Assembly: GCF_032444005.1 (NCBI RefSeq)
Contig: NC_091289.1
Coordinates: forward strand, 172,112,001-172,176,000
From: Ranitomeya imitator
Lineage: Eukaryota
Direction of reading: 5' to 3'
DNA length: 64,000 bases
The notes under the pieces were generated by a model. That model saw only the letters and a program-made list of their open reading frames with translations. It had not been told where the DNA came from and did no database searches. Shown in pieces: positions 18,991-63,000 of the stretch. Made by a program: the position numbers and the translations under genes. Positions within the stretch are counted from its first letter, which is position 1. Each line of letters starts with the position of its first letter.

Positions 18991-19828
18991 GGCTATGTGC
19001 ACACGTTCAGGAATTTTCGCTATAAAAACGTGATAACAGAGAAAAACACGCATACATTAAGCATCCTATTATTAGAATGCATTCCGCATTTTTTGTGCAC
19101 ATGTTGCGTTTTTTTCCGCGGCGGAATCGCATTACGGGAAAAAACGCAGCATGTTCATTCTTTGTACGGCATCGCGGGGATTACGCACACATAGGAATGC
19201 ATTGATCTGCTTACTTTCTGCATGTGGCTATGCCCACCATGCGGGAAGTAAGCAGATCATGTGCGGGTGGTACCCAGGGTGGAGGAGAGGAGACTCTCCT
19301 CCAAGCCCTGGGAAGCATATAAAATTGTTAAAAAAAAAAAAAAAAAAAGTAAATAAAAAAAAATCACAATATAATGCGATGCTCGCATTCCCAAGGATGC
19401 TTTGCGGCAATGACCTGTGATGACGTGGGCCTCGATACTGCTACGTCATCTGGGGTCATTGCCACAATGCATTATTGAGACTGGAGGAACGGGAAGGCTG
19501 CGGGGGCCGCCGGAAGGTGAAAATAATCACAATTTTTTATTTTTGTTATTTTTAACATTAGATCTTTTACTATTGATGCTACATAGGCAGGATCAATAGT
19601 AAAAAGTTGGTCACACTTGTCAAACACTATGTTTGACAAGTGTGACCAACTTGTCAGTTTTCCAAGCGATGCTACAGATTGCTTGTAAAACGCTAGCATT
19701 CTGCAAGCGGATTACGCTTGTAAAACGCTAGTGTTTAGCGGGAAAACGCATCCCAATTCTGCATGCGTTTTTCCCGCGGCAGGGAGTTCCGGAATTGCCA
19801 TGGAAATTCCAGAAGTGTGCACATAGCC
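18991..19828. mobile_element. Palindromic PIF/Harbinger-like MITE
   Basis: TIRs GGCTATGTGCACAC / GTGTGCACATAGCC flanked by TTA / TAA, with internal inverted repeats. Confidence 0.85.
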
Positions 19829-20615
19829 TAAAGGTTTTCTGTTACATGGGGTAATGGCTTCTTAATTACAGCAGTCCAGGATTTCAAGAAAGTGGTCTAA
19901 TGAGCAAAAAAATAAAATAAATAAATATACATCACTTCTCCAGCTAAGTCTATCGGTTTTTCAGCAATGAGGTCTCATCATTACCATGACCGCTGCAAAC
20001 AATCACAGGGCTCAGCAGTCATGCAGGCATCACTGCTAAGACTAGCAACGTCATGCTGGGAACTGGCAAAGTTACACAGCGCTGTAACGGTAAGGTATTT
20101 AATGGGTAAGACTTTTTTTTTATTAACTTTTCTTGCTCTTTGACCACTATTACCAACGTTTTCAATATTGGGCTGGGCAATTTCACTTCGCAACACTACC
20201 CGTGAGTGTACGGCAAGCGAGTGTACGGCTCCACTCACACCAGTGCTGTGATGGACTGTTCTCTGAAACAAATAGGCCCTGATGGATTTTAATCATGCTC
20301 ATTAGGATTTTGGAGTTTTTTCTGCTGGAATGGTGTTGCAGACGGCACTTTTTTCTGCTATCAAAAGTTCAGAAAAACTTAAAAGGTGACACCCCCACCT
20401 TCCCAGAGTGCAAGTGAGAACTCAGAGCACCACATTACAGCTAATACAAATCAAATGACATCTGTAATCAGAAACTCTGATGTAGATGTAACGCGAGATA
20501 ACCAAATCGTAAGTCAACTAGCTAAACAAAACACGGAGCTTGGCTCCACGCAGATCAGCGAGAACATATTTTCTATCATTTAAAGGGTGAGTTTTTTTGT
20601 GGGGGAGAAATTAGA

Positions 20616-23600
20616 TTTCTCTATCGCTTCATTGGGGCACCCAGGACCGTGGGTTTATGCTGCTGCCACTATGCACAAAAAGTTAGCTTCTCCTCTGCAG
20701 TGTACACCCCACCGACTGGCACTACGTTAATCAGTTTAGCTTAGTGTCAGTAGGAGGTGGACACGGGTCTTTCATTAGACCCATATCTACCTCAGTGTGC
20801 GTCGTTCCTTTTCAGGTACCAAGGAGGGATACAGTGTGAACGGTCACAACTGTATTCCCACGCAGACTAGGAGTATGGCGTGTACTGCCACCCCGTATCC
20901 TCATGCGTCTAGTCGGCAGGACCCCAGCCCCTAACACAAAAGCGTGTTCAGACTATCCGGACCTTGCTAGTGTCTCCCATCCACTCGCCCACCAGAGCCT
21001 TTCGGTTAGGAGGTGTGGACGTCCCGCAACGCAGCACGTTCGGACGTCTTACATTCCTGGAAGGAGAGGTACTTTTTTTCCCTCCCCCAGGTTCTCCAGA
21101 GGTGGCAAAGAGAAATTCAGAAGAAAAGAACAGTATCGAAGGAAAAAAAAAAAAAGGTTTTCTTTCCTCATTTAATTATTTGGATTGGAGTGTCGGGGCA
21201 CTTTTAGACGATAGGTGCCCTTTTCCCCTAGTTTCCAGGTGGAATGGGGCACTAGGCTACCTTGTTCTGCGGTTCCTTTATGGCCTCCGCGCGGCTCCGG
21301 CGATCAGGAAAATTAATCTAGGTCCCGGGTTCTCTCGGGCCTAGTGTTCGGCGTTGGCTCTAACCCCCTTCTTTGTGTTTGGGCGGGCATTTCTCTTGCC
21401 CGTATCTTCTCCCTTGCTCCTCCGGTGGTTGGCTCCACCCATTACTCCTGGCCCGAGCTAAAGTTCTATAAATGCCGCCATCTTTATCCTCCAGGATCTT
21501 GCGGCTGACTCCGCCTCTTCCTCTGGACCGAGAGCAGGCTTCTTTATCCAGAGTGTGCTCTACTCCACAGCTGCGCGCGCTCTTCACCCTACGCCCAGTG
21601 CCGTTGCCATTTTCTTTTTTTGGATACTCTGGATGCTGTTTAGTTCTTGCTGGACCTGCAACGGCTTTACTATTGGAAGCAGACTACAGGACACTGGCAT
21701 AGTACTGTGAGTAGCTGCTCTGCAGACTGACACTCTCCTTTGCATATTCCTGTCCCCTAACCTTCTGGCACCTGTTAGTGGGTCTGTTTCATCATGCCTA
21801 ATACTAAAGGAGAGCGTTCTCACCCTATTATATTTTCTTCTTCCTCTGCGCTTGTTAGACATTGTGTGTGCTCTTCGTGTAAGTGCAAGCTTCCTTCAGG
21901 TCAGTCCTCTCTCCTGTCAGGACTGCCACAACCCCATTGTGCCCACCGCCCAGGAGTCCCTTTCTGCCCCAGGTGGGAGAGAGGCCCCTATTCCAGTGTG
22001 GGCTTCCTCTGTCGCAGTCCATGGCGGATCTCACCAAGGTATCTCAGACCCTGGTGTCCGTGCGTGACAGGTTGCCCCTTCAGATTCCCGTAGTTGCTAG
22101 GGGGTCACAGGTTTCACCATCTGGGCCTTCCAACACAGGCTGTAAGAGATCCAGGCAGGCATATTGTTCTGGGTCCTCTTCCCACTCCATCTCGCCCCCC
22201 AGTCCTTCCCGGCTGATTAAGGGAGCTTAGTCTCCAGAAACACGTTGAGATTCTTACCCATATGGTTCGTGCTGAAGTCTGTATCCTCTATGCTTAAAGT
22301 TTGAATAAAGAAAACTCTTTTACGGATTCAGTGAAGCTGGACATTCTCTTGTTTTATAATTGTTCTCTTGTTTCTACAAGACTGGGGAGTCCACCACTCC
22401 TCTGTGGGTCATTTGCATTGTAGCTGTTCCATCCTGCAAGTTCCACATGGATATTTTCTCTCTGAACCCTGCTGATACAGGTACTATACAGATGATCAGG
22501 TTTTTAAATACATCAGATAGGGATTATATACATTAGATAGGACTGCTCTATTATGGGTATACCTTGGCGATTGGTGGAGCAGCTTAACATACTTTTTTTG
22601 CAAAAAAAACGTATTAACTAAATACCCTGTATTTTTTCATTTTTTGGACTAGCACTTGCTTATTTACTGTGACTTTTTTACAACAGAGTATTTTTTTGAC
22701 CGCTCTGTGCGCTTTTGTGTCTTCAGGCCTAGACCTGGCAGGTTTTCCTCGGCATGACTCATATCAAGAACCCAGCATATCTCCCAAGCTGGGCGGTCGT
22801 CTTTTCTTTTTTCAGGGACGCTTGGCTCGCCTCAGTGGAGGACGCATGGGTCAGGGAGGTTGTATCCACAGGATACAAAATAGAGTTCGCTTTGCGGCCC
22901 CGAGATCGATTCTTCGAGTCCTGTCCTCAAAGATATTGTTCTCTGGTTCCAGGTTTCTTTGCATCCATAACCTCCCCTTTCAGTTCGGGGGTAATCGTTC
23001 CCATCCCAGACCAGGAGCATGTCACAGATTTCTATTCAAACCTGTTTGTGGTGCTGAAGAAAGACGGCGCGGTTAGGCCCATCCTGGATCTCAAGTTAAT
23101 GAACAAAAGAGTCCGCCTGAGACATTTCAGGATGGAGTACCTTCGTTCAGTAATTGCTTACATGGAGGAAATTCCTGTGCTCTATAGCCATTCAAGAGGC
23201 CTATCTCCATGTCCCTATTGTCCCAGGGCATCAGAGATTCCTGCGTTTTCCAGTACAACAGCATCATTTCCAGTTTGTCGCCCTGCCATTCGGTCTCGCA
23301 ACCACTCCCATGGTTTTCACGAAAATCATGGCAGCTTTGATAGCCATTTTGAGGATCAGAGGTCTAGACCTCATCTTGTACCTCGACGACATCCTCATCA
23401 AGGCTCAGGAAAGCCTGGCCACAGGTTTTGGGTGGCTTGTCAACAGGAAAAAGTCCTGATTGTTCAGACTTAGCGCCTCATTTTTCTAGGCATGCTGTTC
23501 AACACCCGTCAGACAAGGATTTTTTCTTCCCAAAGAGAAGAGAGCAATATTCCAGCAGGGAGTTCGCTCTCTGCAAGGCCCTCGGCTTCGTTCCTTCCAT

Positions 23601-25497
23601 TCACAACTGAAGGTCCTGGGGAAAATGGTGGCAGCGTTGGAAACTATGCCTTTTCCGCAGTTCCACTCAAGACCACTTCATCAGGCCATTCTTTCGCAGT
23701 GGGACAGGTGTGTTCTGTCTCTGGCTCGTCAGATTCGTCTCTTTTCCCGAGTCAAACGATCTCTCAATTGGTGGCTGTCAACCCCTCTCATCCTCCAGGG
23801 CCGGTCCTTCCTTCCCGTTCACTGGCAGGTGGCGAAGATGGACGGGCGTTGGTTGGCACAGGACTCCTTGCTGCCTATCGACATCCTCGAGATAAGGGCC
23901 ATCCTTCTGTCCCTCAGTCACTGGGAAAGGCTTCTCAGGGGTCTGCCAGTCAGAGTTCAAACGGAGATGGCGGAGGTATCAAAGATTCTCCTCTGGGCAG
24001 AGGCGATGGTTCCGGCGATATCGACAGTGCATGTCCCCGGCATAGACAACTGGGCCGCTGATTTTCTCAGCCTCGAGGGTCTCGTGGCAGGAGAGTGGTC
24101 ACTGCATCAGGTGGTCTTCCATCAGATTTGCCTTCGATAGGGAACTCCGGACATGGACCTTATGGCGTCCCGGCTGAATGAGAAGGTTACACGGGTCGTC
24201 TCAAGGTCCCGCGATCCTCTCGTGGTGGGCGCCGATGCTCTGGCCTTTCCCTGGTCGTCGTTCGTGCTTCCCCGTTTCCTTTCCTTCTTCCCAGGCTATT
24301 GATGATCAAAGATGAGGAAGTACCGTCACTCTGATCGAACCGGATTGGCCCAGAAGGTCCTGGTTCGCAGAGATAGTCAATTTTCTCGCGGACACCCCCT
24401 GGAGGCTTCCAGACAGGCCGGATCTTCTGTCTCAAGGACCGATCTGCCACCAGAATTTTCAGTCGCTCAATTTAACCGCATGGCTGTTGAAACCGCAGTT
24501 CTGAGAGCGTCCGAATTTTCTGATCGGGTGATTCACACCATGATCCAGGCTAGGAAGCAGTCATCTTCCGGGGTCTATTATCGGACCTGGAAAGCCCATT
24601 TCAGCTGGTGTGAGTCTAATCACATCCCGCCTATGTCCTTTTCTCTCCCTTCCAATTTGACATTTCTCCAGGCGGGATTTGACGCTGATCTTGCCCTTAG
24701 TTTGCTAAAGGGCCAGGTGTCAGCACTTTCCATTCTTTTCCAGAAGAATCTATCCTCTCCTTCTCAGGTCAGAACTTTTCTTCAGGGGGTTGTGTATGTG
24801 GCTTTCCCGTACCGGACACTTGGGGACCCCTGGGACCTCAATCTAGTTCTGGAGGCCCTAAGGAGTTCTCCCTTTGAACCGCTCCGAGAGGTTTCCCTGT
24901 CCTGTCTTGGAAGGTGGCATTTCTGGTGGCCATCACCTCCATTAGACGCGTTTCGGAGTTGGCGGCCCTTTCCTGTCACTCTCCTTTCTTGGTTCATCAC
25001 CAGAATAAGGTGGTTTTGCGGCCTCCGCCTTCTTTCCGAAGGTGGTGTCCGTTTTTAACCTAAGTGAGGATATTGTCCTCCCTTCCTTTTGTCCTGCTCC
25101 GGCTCATTCTCTGGCGTTCGTTAAACAGGCTAGACATGGTGAGGGTCTATCTGGCTAGGACTGCCCCCTTTAGAAAGACGGACTCTCTTTTCATCATTCC
25201 AGATGGTGCGCGAAGAGGCTGCAATGTTTAACAGCTCATTCTTTCTTCTGTGTTCTATTGTTACAGTTTGAGTTGTCTGTTTTTTTTTCTATGTTGTTGC
25301 TTCTCCTACTGCTTTCTCACTACCTGATTAACCTAGTGCCAGTCGGTAAGGTGTACACTGCAGAGGAGGAGCTAACTTTTTTTTTGTGCATAGTGTCAGC
25401 CTCTTCGAGGCAGCAGTATTCACCCATGGGTCCTGTGTCATCCAATAAAGGTTCCGAGAAAGAGATTTTACGGTAAGCAACAAAAAATCCTGGTTTT
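20616..25497 (+). mobile_element. DIRS1-type tyrosine-recombinase retrotransposon (DIRS-a), degenerate, ICR deleted
   Basis: Starts TTTCTCTATCGC and has inverted terminal repeats. Coding remnants: gag zinc knuckle (~21790, CSSCKCKLP), RT (FYSNLFVVLKKDGAVRPILDLK; FQFVALPFGL; LYLDDILI), RNase H (IDILEIRAI; HVPGIDNWAADFLS) and YR (YYRTWKA; LKGQVSALS; WDLNLVLEAL, 24480-25220). Ends ...CGGTAAGCAACAAAAAATCCTGGTTTT. Confidence 0.93.
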
Positions 25498-27418
25498 ATA
25501 AACAAAATTTAGCTTCCTTTTAAACACTCAAAATAAAAGTAATAACTTACAGCACGTCCTGTAGTCAATAGCACTCCTCAATTAAAATGTCAGTAATAAA
25601 CAACTTAAGTAGCTTATATACAATATAACACTTTTCTCTAGTTTTACTACTTTTTTTCTTTGCATTATACGGTGAATAGACATCTGGAGATACTGTTAAG
25701 TAAGAAAACCAACCTATATTATAAACACACTGTGAAATATCACTGGCAGCGACCGATCGGTTAGTAAGGGGACAACGGATATGGTTCTGAGATCAGCAGG
25801 CGAACGTCATGTCTTACATTTATAGCAACCCACTGGATCTGCCCTGTAATAGCTTCAGGGGTATACAGAGCCCCTTGCATAAAGCAGAGAGTGCCAACCT
25901 GTCTGGAAATTCATTAAAAAACAAATAACACTGCTAAAGGCAGAAATGTGAAGGTACCTGGGTGGAGACGGGATAAATGGGGAATATGTCCTATATTATA
26001 TTGCAAATTGAAAAATAATTCACTTTGCATCCTCCTTGTATGCCCCCCGCATGTAGTGTCTCACACCTCAGATCTAATAGAAAGCAGATTTTATGCAAGC
26101 GGTGCATATACATCCGTGACTGCACCGTGTAAGGTGTGTTCCTGCCTTAGGCATTTATGGCATGCACGCAAGAAAGGTTATAAATGTCCAATAGATGCGA
26201 CTGGCATGAATCTCATGAATAGGGGTCCACCAAACTGCTGGCCACCTGAAGACAGGTGGCGGTCACAGAGGTGGGACAGATATCTCTCAGACATTCATGA
26301 CTTGTATATGCCATAAATGTCTAAAAGTGACAATAACCCTTTCAAATATTGGATAACCAGAATATTAACAGTAGGAATGGTGTATAAATGTAGCACGGAG
26401 AATAAAAATGTATTTTTTTTGCAATAATATCAGCTCTTTTGAGCATGTGCACCTTTAACCAGGGTTCCTCCGGTTCCAGAGCCCCATTCTTGGGATCGCT
26501 GGGGGCCACAAAGGTTGGTCCCCCATCAACGCAAGTTAACTTTATCCTACACTATAACATTTAGTGATTTGGTTCAGTTACACTATCAGCTGCCAATAGA
26601 CAGCACTGCCTATGAAATGTTAAAGGGGTTTGTCAGAGAGGTCAAGAAATGAATCCAGCCGCAGGAAAAGTTTATGAATTACCTGCAATATTCTCCGCCA
26701 GTCTAGCAGGGATGCTCCAGTGGTTAGCGTCGGTCTTTGGTGAAATGACGTGACATACTGACATTGGATCACTGACCTCCGCTACGATGACTGGCTAGAG
26801 TTATCGATTCAGGCAAATACCACCGGGGACCACTAGAGCATCGGCCCTGGAATATACCAAGTCTGGGTGACATGACCAACTCCAATGCATGCAACCCAGA
26901 GTTTACCACTGCTGCTCAATTTCCTCTTTGTAAATGAAAAATAAAAAATAAAAAACACAGGAGACGTACACACCACAAGCTTTTAGCATTAGTGCAGTAA
27001 ACCATGATTTTCATTAGACAGTCACTAAACAGTGGCGGCTATTTTTTATGTTATTGACCACATCTTAATTGCAAGTAGAGTTGGTGGGGGGTTCAAAGTC
27101 CTGAGACCCCCACAAATCACTCAAAAACACCCTGGGGCTCAGGAGATGGGAGCACGCACAGATGGGAGTATAGTAGGAAGCATGGGGTTTCTATTGCAGG
27201 TGTACTCAATTCTGTGTGCGCTCCCATCTACTCCATACTGCACAGTTTTTGGTTTACCACCTACACATCAATATTCATTTTTAATCTATTCCTATAATTT
27301 CCTATTTTTTTCCCCTGTAGTTTTTACCTTTTTTAATCAAAGTAGATCCAAACTATGTGCTGGTTAGTATAAAATGCAGAGACATCAAGCTCTAAATTCA
27401 CCACCTCCATCGACTTAA

Positions 27419-27799
27419 AGGGGTTATCTGGGACTTTATCTTTTTTTCTTCTATGGGCCCAAAAACTTATTGGCAGGTAGTTTCTAACAATCTGCGTTGA
27501 TCTCTCCCGGCTGAGACATCGATTCTCCTACTTCCTTTGACCTTGCACTGGCAGAGCAGTTCCTTCTCTTCCGCTCTGCTGTCGACAGTGCATCACTGCC
27601 GATGTCATGCTGGTTGACAGCCAGCATGATATCGGCAAATACACCCTGTCAACAGAGCAGAGTGGAGTGGGTGAGAAGGAACTGCTCTGTCGACATGACC
27701 TCTGAGACAGAAGAGATTGGCGCAGGGCAGAACAAGCAGGTTGTAAGTGCTTATACCCACAGAGAAAACAAAACAAACCAAAAGTTCTGGATAGACCCT
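27419..27799. mobile_element. Kolobok/T2-type MITE
   Basis: TTAA|AGGGGTTATCTGG...CTGGATAGACCCT|TTAA. Confidence 0.75.
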
Positions 27800-29027
27800 T
27801 TAATTGATAAAAACCAGACCGTCTGCAGCCACGACTAGACGGAGCTTGCAAAAAAAAATATATATAGCTTACATTAAATCAGTCTTCAGTCTGCTCCCCC
27901 TAGTGGTGACTGTAAGCAGACAGAATTTTATAATGAAAGAATTGTCCAGAATATTTTTTTAATGGGGTTGAGGCAATAAAGAGAAAAGGGGATGAAAAAA
28001 AAAGAAAAAGAAAAAGCAGCATTAGTCATCTATTCAAATCCTCACTGTTTCAGCACCGCTGTTCCAGTGCTCCCTTTCTGCAGCTATACCACTTACGTGA
28101 TTGCTGCAGCCAGTTAGCGATCACCATAGAATGTATGGAAACTAACGCCAGTGATTGGCTACAGCAATTACTTGAATGATTGATGTAATGTCATCCTACA
28201 GCACCAGAGAGGGACAACCAGATGGCATTTAAAAAAAAAAAAAAAAAGTGTAACGAACACACTTTTCCTACCTTTACCATTACGCTGAAAAATCTAAGAC
28301 ATCCCTTTAAGCTGCAGAGGAAGCAGCGGAGCTCTAGAGTAGAAGTTGAAAGCTTGGACCTCTATGAAACATTAGCACAAAACTTTTAGACCCGAGTAGA
28401 TTAAACCATGTAGCCGTCCTTTGGTTCCTTTTTATTTTATAAAAAGAGAACCTACCCTGTAATGGTTATCCAGATGTTTTCAATGCAATTTTACAGACTA
28501 TAAATTTTATCTTTTTTTTACAATATAATCTCTCATGTTACTTATATACACTTTTTCATCCACACATTCATAGTTTCATTATTTTAGCAACCTAAGTAAA
28601 AAACAAAACAAATGCTCACTACTGATCCTGAGGGGGATGCCAGACTCCGATTGTAGGCGTCCCAACATTTGGATCCCCCAAACATACATGTTGCTTTTGG
28701 GACAACCCCTTTAGGAGTGATGCGATCACAAATAAACTGTAGATTTCATATTCTAGCAAACTCGCTTCCATCAGGACTGAAGTATGGGAGCAAAGCTACT
28801 CTGGCCAGAAGCGAGAGTACACGACAGAGAATTTGAAAAAAAACCCCTAATTTTTACAGCATTTTTTTTTCTTTAACACGCTCATGCAAAAAAAAAAAAA
28901 TTATGAGGGGAGGCGGATGAGTGGTAATGCCAATTTTCATTCCTAACGCAAAAGTCTCTGCTTCCTTAAATAAAAAGGAACATCTGGTGGGACATTGAAA
29001 GACTCCAGAGAAAAGAGGACTCCAGAC

Positions 29028-59574
<30,547 letters not shown>

Positions 59575-59900
59575 GTTTACTCCGGGATCAGCCGCCGCCG
59601 TGCAGCTCCTCCTCCGCCGCCGCCTCGGCCTGTGCAGGGAGGCCCCGCACCTCGGGCTGACTTGTCGGCGGTGCCCGGCTCTGCCCGTAAGGAAGTCACG
59701 GCCTCCAGCCCGGAGAGGCGGCGGTGGTGGGAGGCCCGGGCGGCGCAGGCCGGGAAATGAACGCGTTGCTACGCAACCTTTCTTAAAGGGACCGCAGATC
59801 TTATAGCTGGTGCGGGGTCACTCAGGACAGGGAGAGCGAATCACTGACGGAGCCGCTTACATAACGAGCTCACGGGAAAGACACCGGACACTGCTGCTCA
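59575..59900 (-). promoter_or_regulatory. ZYG11B 5' UTR and CpG-island promoter
   Basis: A GC/CpG-dense segment directly upstream of the ATG exon, with GGAAG (ETS-like) motifs. Confidence 0.65.
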
Positions 59901-60009
59901 GGGGCATTCACTGGCGGCAAGCAGCGTCACAAGGCGGCCACAGTCACCACAGAATATCATGTGATAATGGTATAATCACCGGGGACACTGAGAAAGCTTC
60001 AGCTGTGAG

Positions 60010-63000
60010 AGCCCCCCATAAGCAGTGTGAGGGAGCACACATAACAGCACCAGAGCCCCCCATAAGCAGTGTGAGGGAGCACACATTACAGCACCACAGC
60101 GCCCCCATAAGCAGTGTCAGGGAGCACACATTACAGCACCAGAGCCCCCCATAAGCAGTGTCAGGGAGCACACATTACAGCACCAGAGCCCCCCATAAGC
60201 AGTGTCAGGGAGCACACAACTACCACAGCGCCCCCATAAGCAGTGTCAGGGAGAACACATAACAGCACCAGAGCCCCCCATAAGCAGTGTCAGGGAGAAC
60301 ACATAACAGCACCAGAGCCCCCCATAAGCAGTGTCAGGGAGCACACATAACAGCACCAGAGCCCCCATAAGCAGTGTCAGGGAGCACACATAACAGCACC
60401 AGAGCCCCCATAAGCAGTGTCAGGGAGAACACATAACAGCACCAGAGCCCCCCATAAGCAGTGTCAGGGAGAACACATAACAGCACCAGAGCCCCCCATA
60501 AGCAGTGTCAGGGAGCACACATAACAATTACCAGAGCCCCCCATAAGCAGTGTCAGGGAGAACACAACTACCACAGAGCCCCCATAAGCAGTGTCAGGGA
60601 GCACACATTACAGCACCAGAGCCCCCCATAAGCAGTGTCAGGGAGCACACATAACAGCACCAGAGCCCCCATAAGCAGTGTCAGGGAGCACACATAACAA
60701 TTACCAGAGCCCCCCATAAGCAGTGTCAGGGAGCACACAACTACCACAGCGCCCCCATAAGCAGTGTCAGGGAGCACACATAACAGCACCAGAGCCCCCA
60801 TAAGCAGTGTCAGGGAGCACACATTACAGCACCAGAGCCCCCCATAAGCAGTGTCAGGGAGCACACATTACAGCACCAGAACCCCCCATAAGCAGTGTCA
60901 GGGAGCACACATTACAGCACCAGAGACCCCCCATAAGCAGTGTCAGGGAGCACACATAACAGGACCAGAGCCCCCATAAGCAGTGTCAGGGAGCACACAT
61001 AACAGCACCAGAGCCCCCCATAAGCAGTGTCAGGGAGCACACATAACAATTACCAGAGCCCCCCATAAGCAGTGTCAGGGAGAACACAACTACCACAGAG
61101 CCCCCATAAGCAGTGTCAGGGAGCACACATTACAGCACCAGAGCCCCCCATAAGCAGTGTCAGGGAGCACACAACTACCACAGCGCCCCCATAAGCAGTG
61201 TCAGGGAGCACACATAACAGCACCAGAGCCCCCATAAGCAGTGTCAGGGAGCACACATTACAGCACCAGAGCCCCCCATAAGCAGTGTCAGGGAGCACAC
61301 ATTACAGCACCAGAACCCCCCATAAGCAGTGTCAGGGAGCACACATTACAGCACCAGAGACCCCCCATAAGCAGTGTCAGGGAGCACACATAACAGCACC
61401 AGAGCCCCCATAAGCAGTGTCAGGGAGCACACATAACAGCACCAGAGCCCCCATAAGCAGTGTCAGGGAGCACACATAACAGCACCAGAGCCCCCATAAG
61501 CAGTGTCAGGGAGCACACATAACAGCACCAGAGCCCCCATAAGCAGTGTCAGGGAGCACACATTACAGCACCAGAGCCCCCCATAAGCAGTGTCAGGGAG
61601 CACACAACTACCACAGCGCCCCCATAAGCAGTGTCAGGGAGCACACATAACAGCACCAGAGCCCCCATAAGCAGTGTCAGGGAGCACACATAACAGCACC
61701 AGAGCCCCCATAAGCAGTGTCAGGGAGCACACATAACAGCACCAGAGCCCCCATAAGCAGTGTCAGGGAGCACACATAACAGCACCAGAGCCCCCATAAG
61801 CAGTGTCAGGGAGCACACATTACAGCACCAGAGCCCCCCATAAGCAGTGTCAGGGAGCACACAACTACCACAGCGCCCCCATAAGCAGTGTCAGGGAGAA
61901 CACATAACAGCACCAGAGCCCCCCATAAGCAGTGTCAGGGAGAACACATAACAGCACCAGAGCCCCCCATAAGCAGTGTCAGGGAGCACACATAACAGCA
62001 CCAGAGCCCCCATAAGCAGTGTCAGGGAGCACACATTACAGCACCAGAGCCCCCATAAGCAGTGTCAGGGAGAACACATAACAGCACCAGAGCCCCCCAT
62101 AAGCAGTGTCAGGGAGAACACATAACAGCACCAGAGCCCCCCATAAGCAGTGTCAGGGAGCACACATAACAGCACCAGAGCCCCCCATAAGCAGTGTCAG
62201 GGAGCACACATAACAATTACCAGAGCCCCCCATAAGCAGTGTCAGGGAGAACACAACTACCACAGAGCCCCCATAAGCAGTGTCAGGGAGCACACATTAC
62301 AGCACCAGAGCCCCCCATAAGCAGTGTCAGGGAGCACACAACTACCACAGCGCCCCCATAAGCAGTGTCAGGGAGCACACATAACAGCACCAGAGCCCCC
62401 CATAAGCAGTGTCAGGGAGCACACATAACAGCACCAGAGCCCCCATAAGCAGTGTCAGGGAGCACACATTACAGCACCAGAGCCCCCCATAAGCAGTGTC
62501 AGGGAGCACACATTACAGCACCAGAACCCCCCATAAGCAGTGTCAGGGAGCACACATTACAGCACCAGAGACCCCCCATAAGCAGTGTCAGGGAGCACAC
62601 ATAACAGCACCAGAGCCCCCATAAGCAGTGTCAGGGAGCACACATAACAGCACCAGAGCCCCCATAAGCAGTGTCAGGGAGCACACATAACAGCACCAGA
62701 GCCCCCATAAGCAGTGTCAGGGAGCACACATAACAGCACCAGAGCCCCCATAAGCAGTGTCAGGGAGCACACATTACAGCACCAGAGCCCCCCATAAGCA
62801 GTGTCAGGGAGCACACAACTACCACAGCGCCCCCATAAGCAGTGTCAGGGAGCACACATAACAGCACCAGAGCCCCCATAAGCAGTGTCAGGGAGCACAC
62901 ATAACAGCACCAGAGCCCCCATAAGCAGTGTCAGGGAGCACACATAACAGCACCAGAGCCCCCATAAGCAGTGTCAGGGAGCACACATAACAGCACCAGA

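Noticed and set aside
25948-26316. 122-aa ORF MKVPGWRRDKW...
   Set aside because: It has no recognisable homology or splice and promoter context, and probably lies in or near the ZYG11B 3' UTR on the opposite strand.
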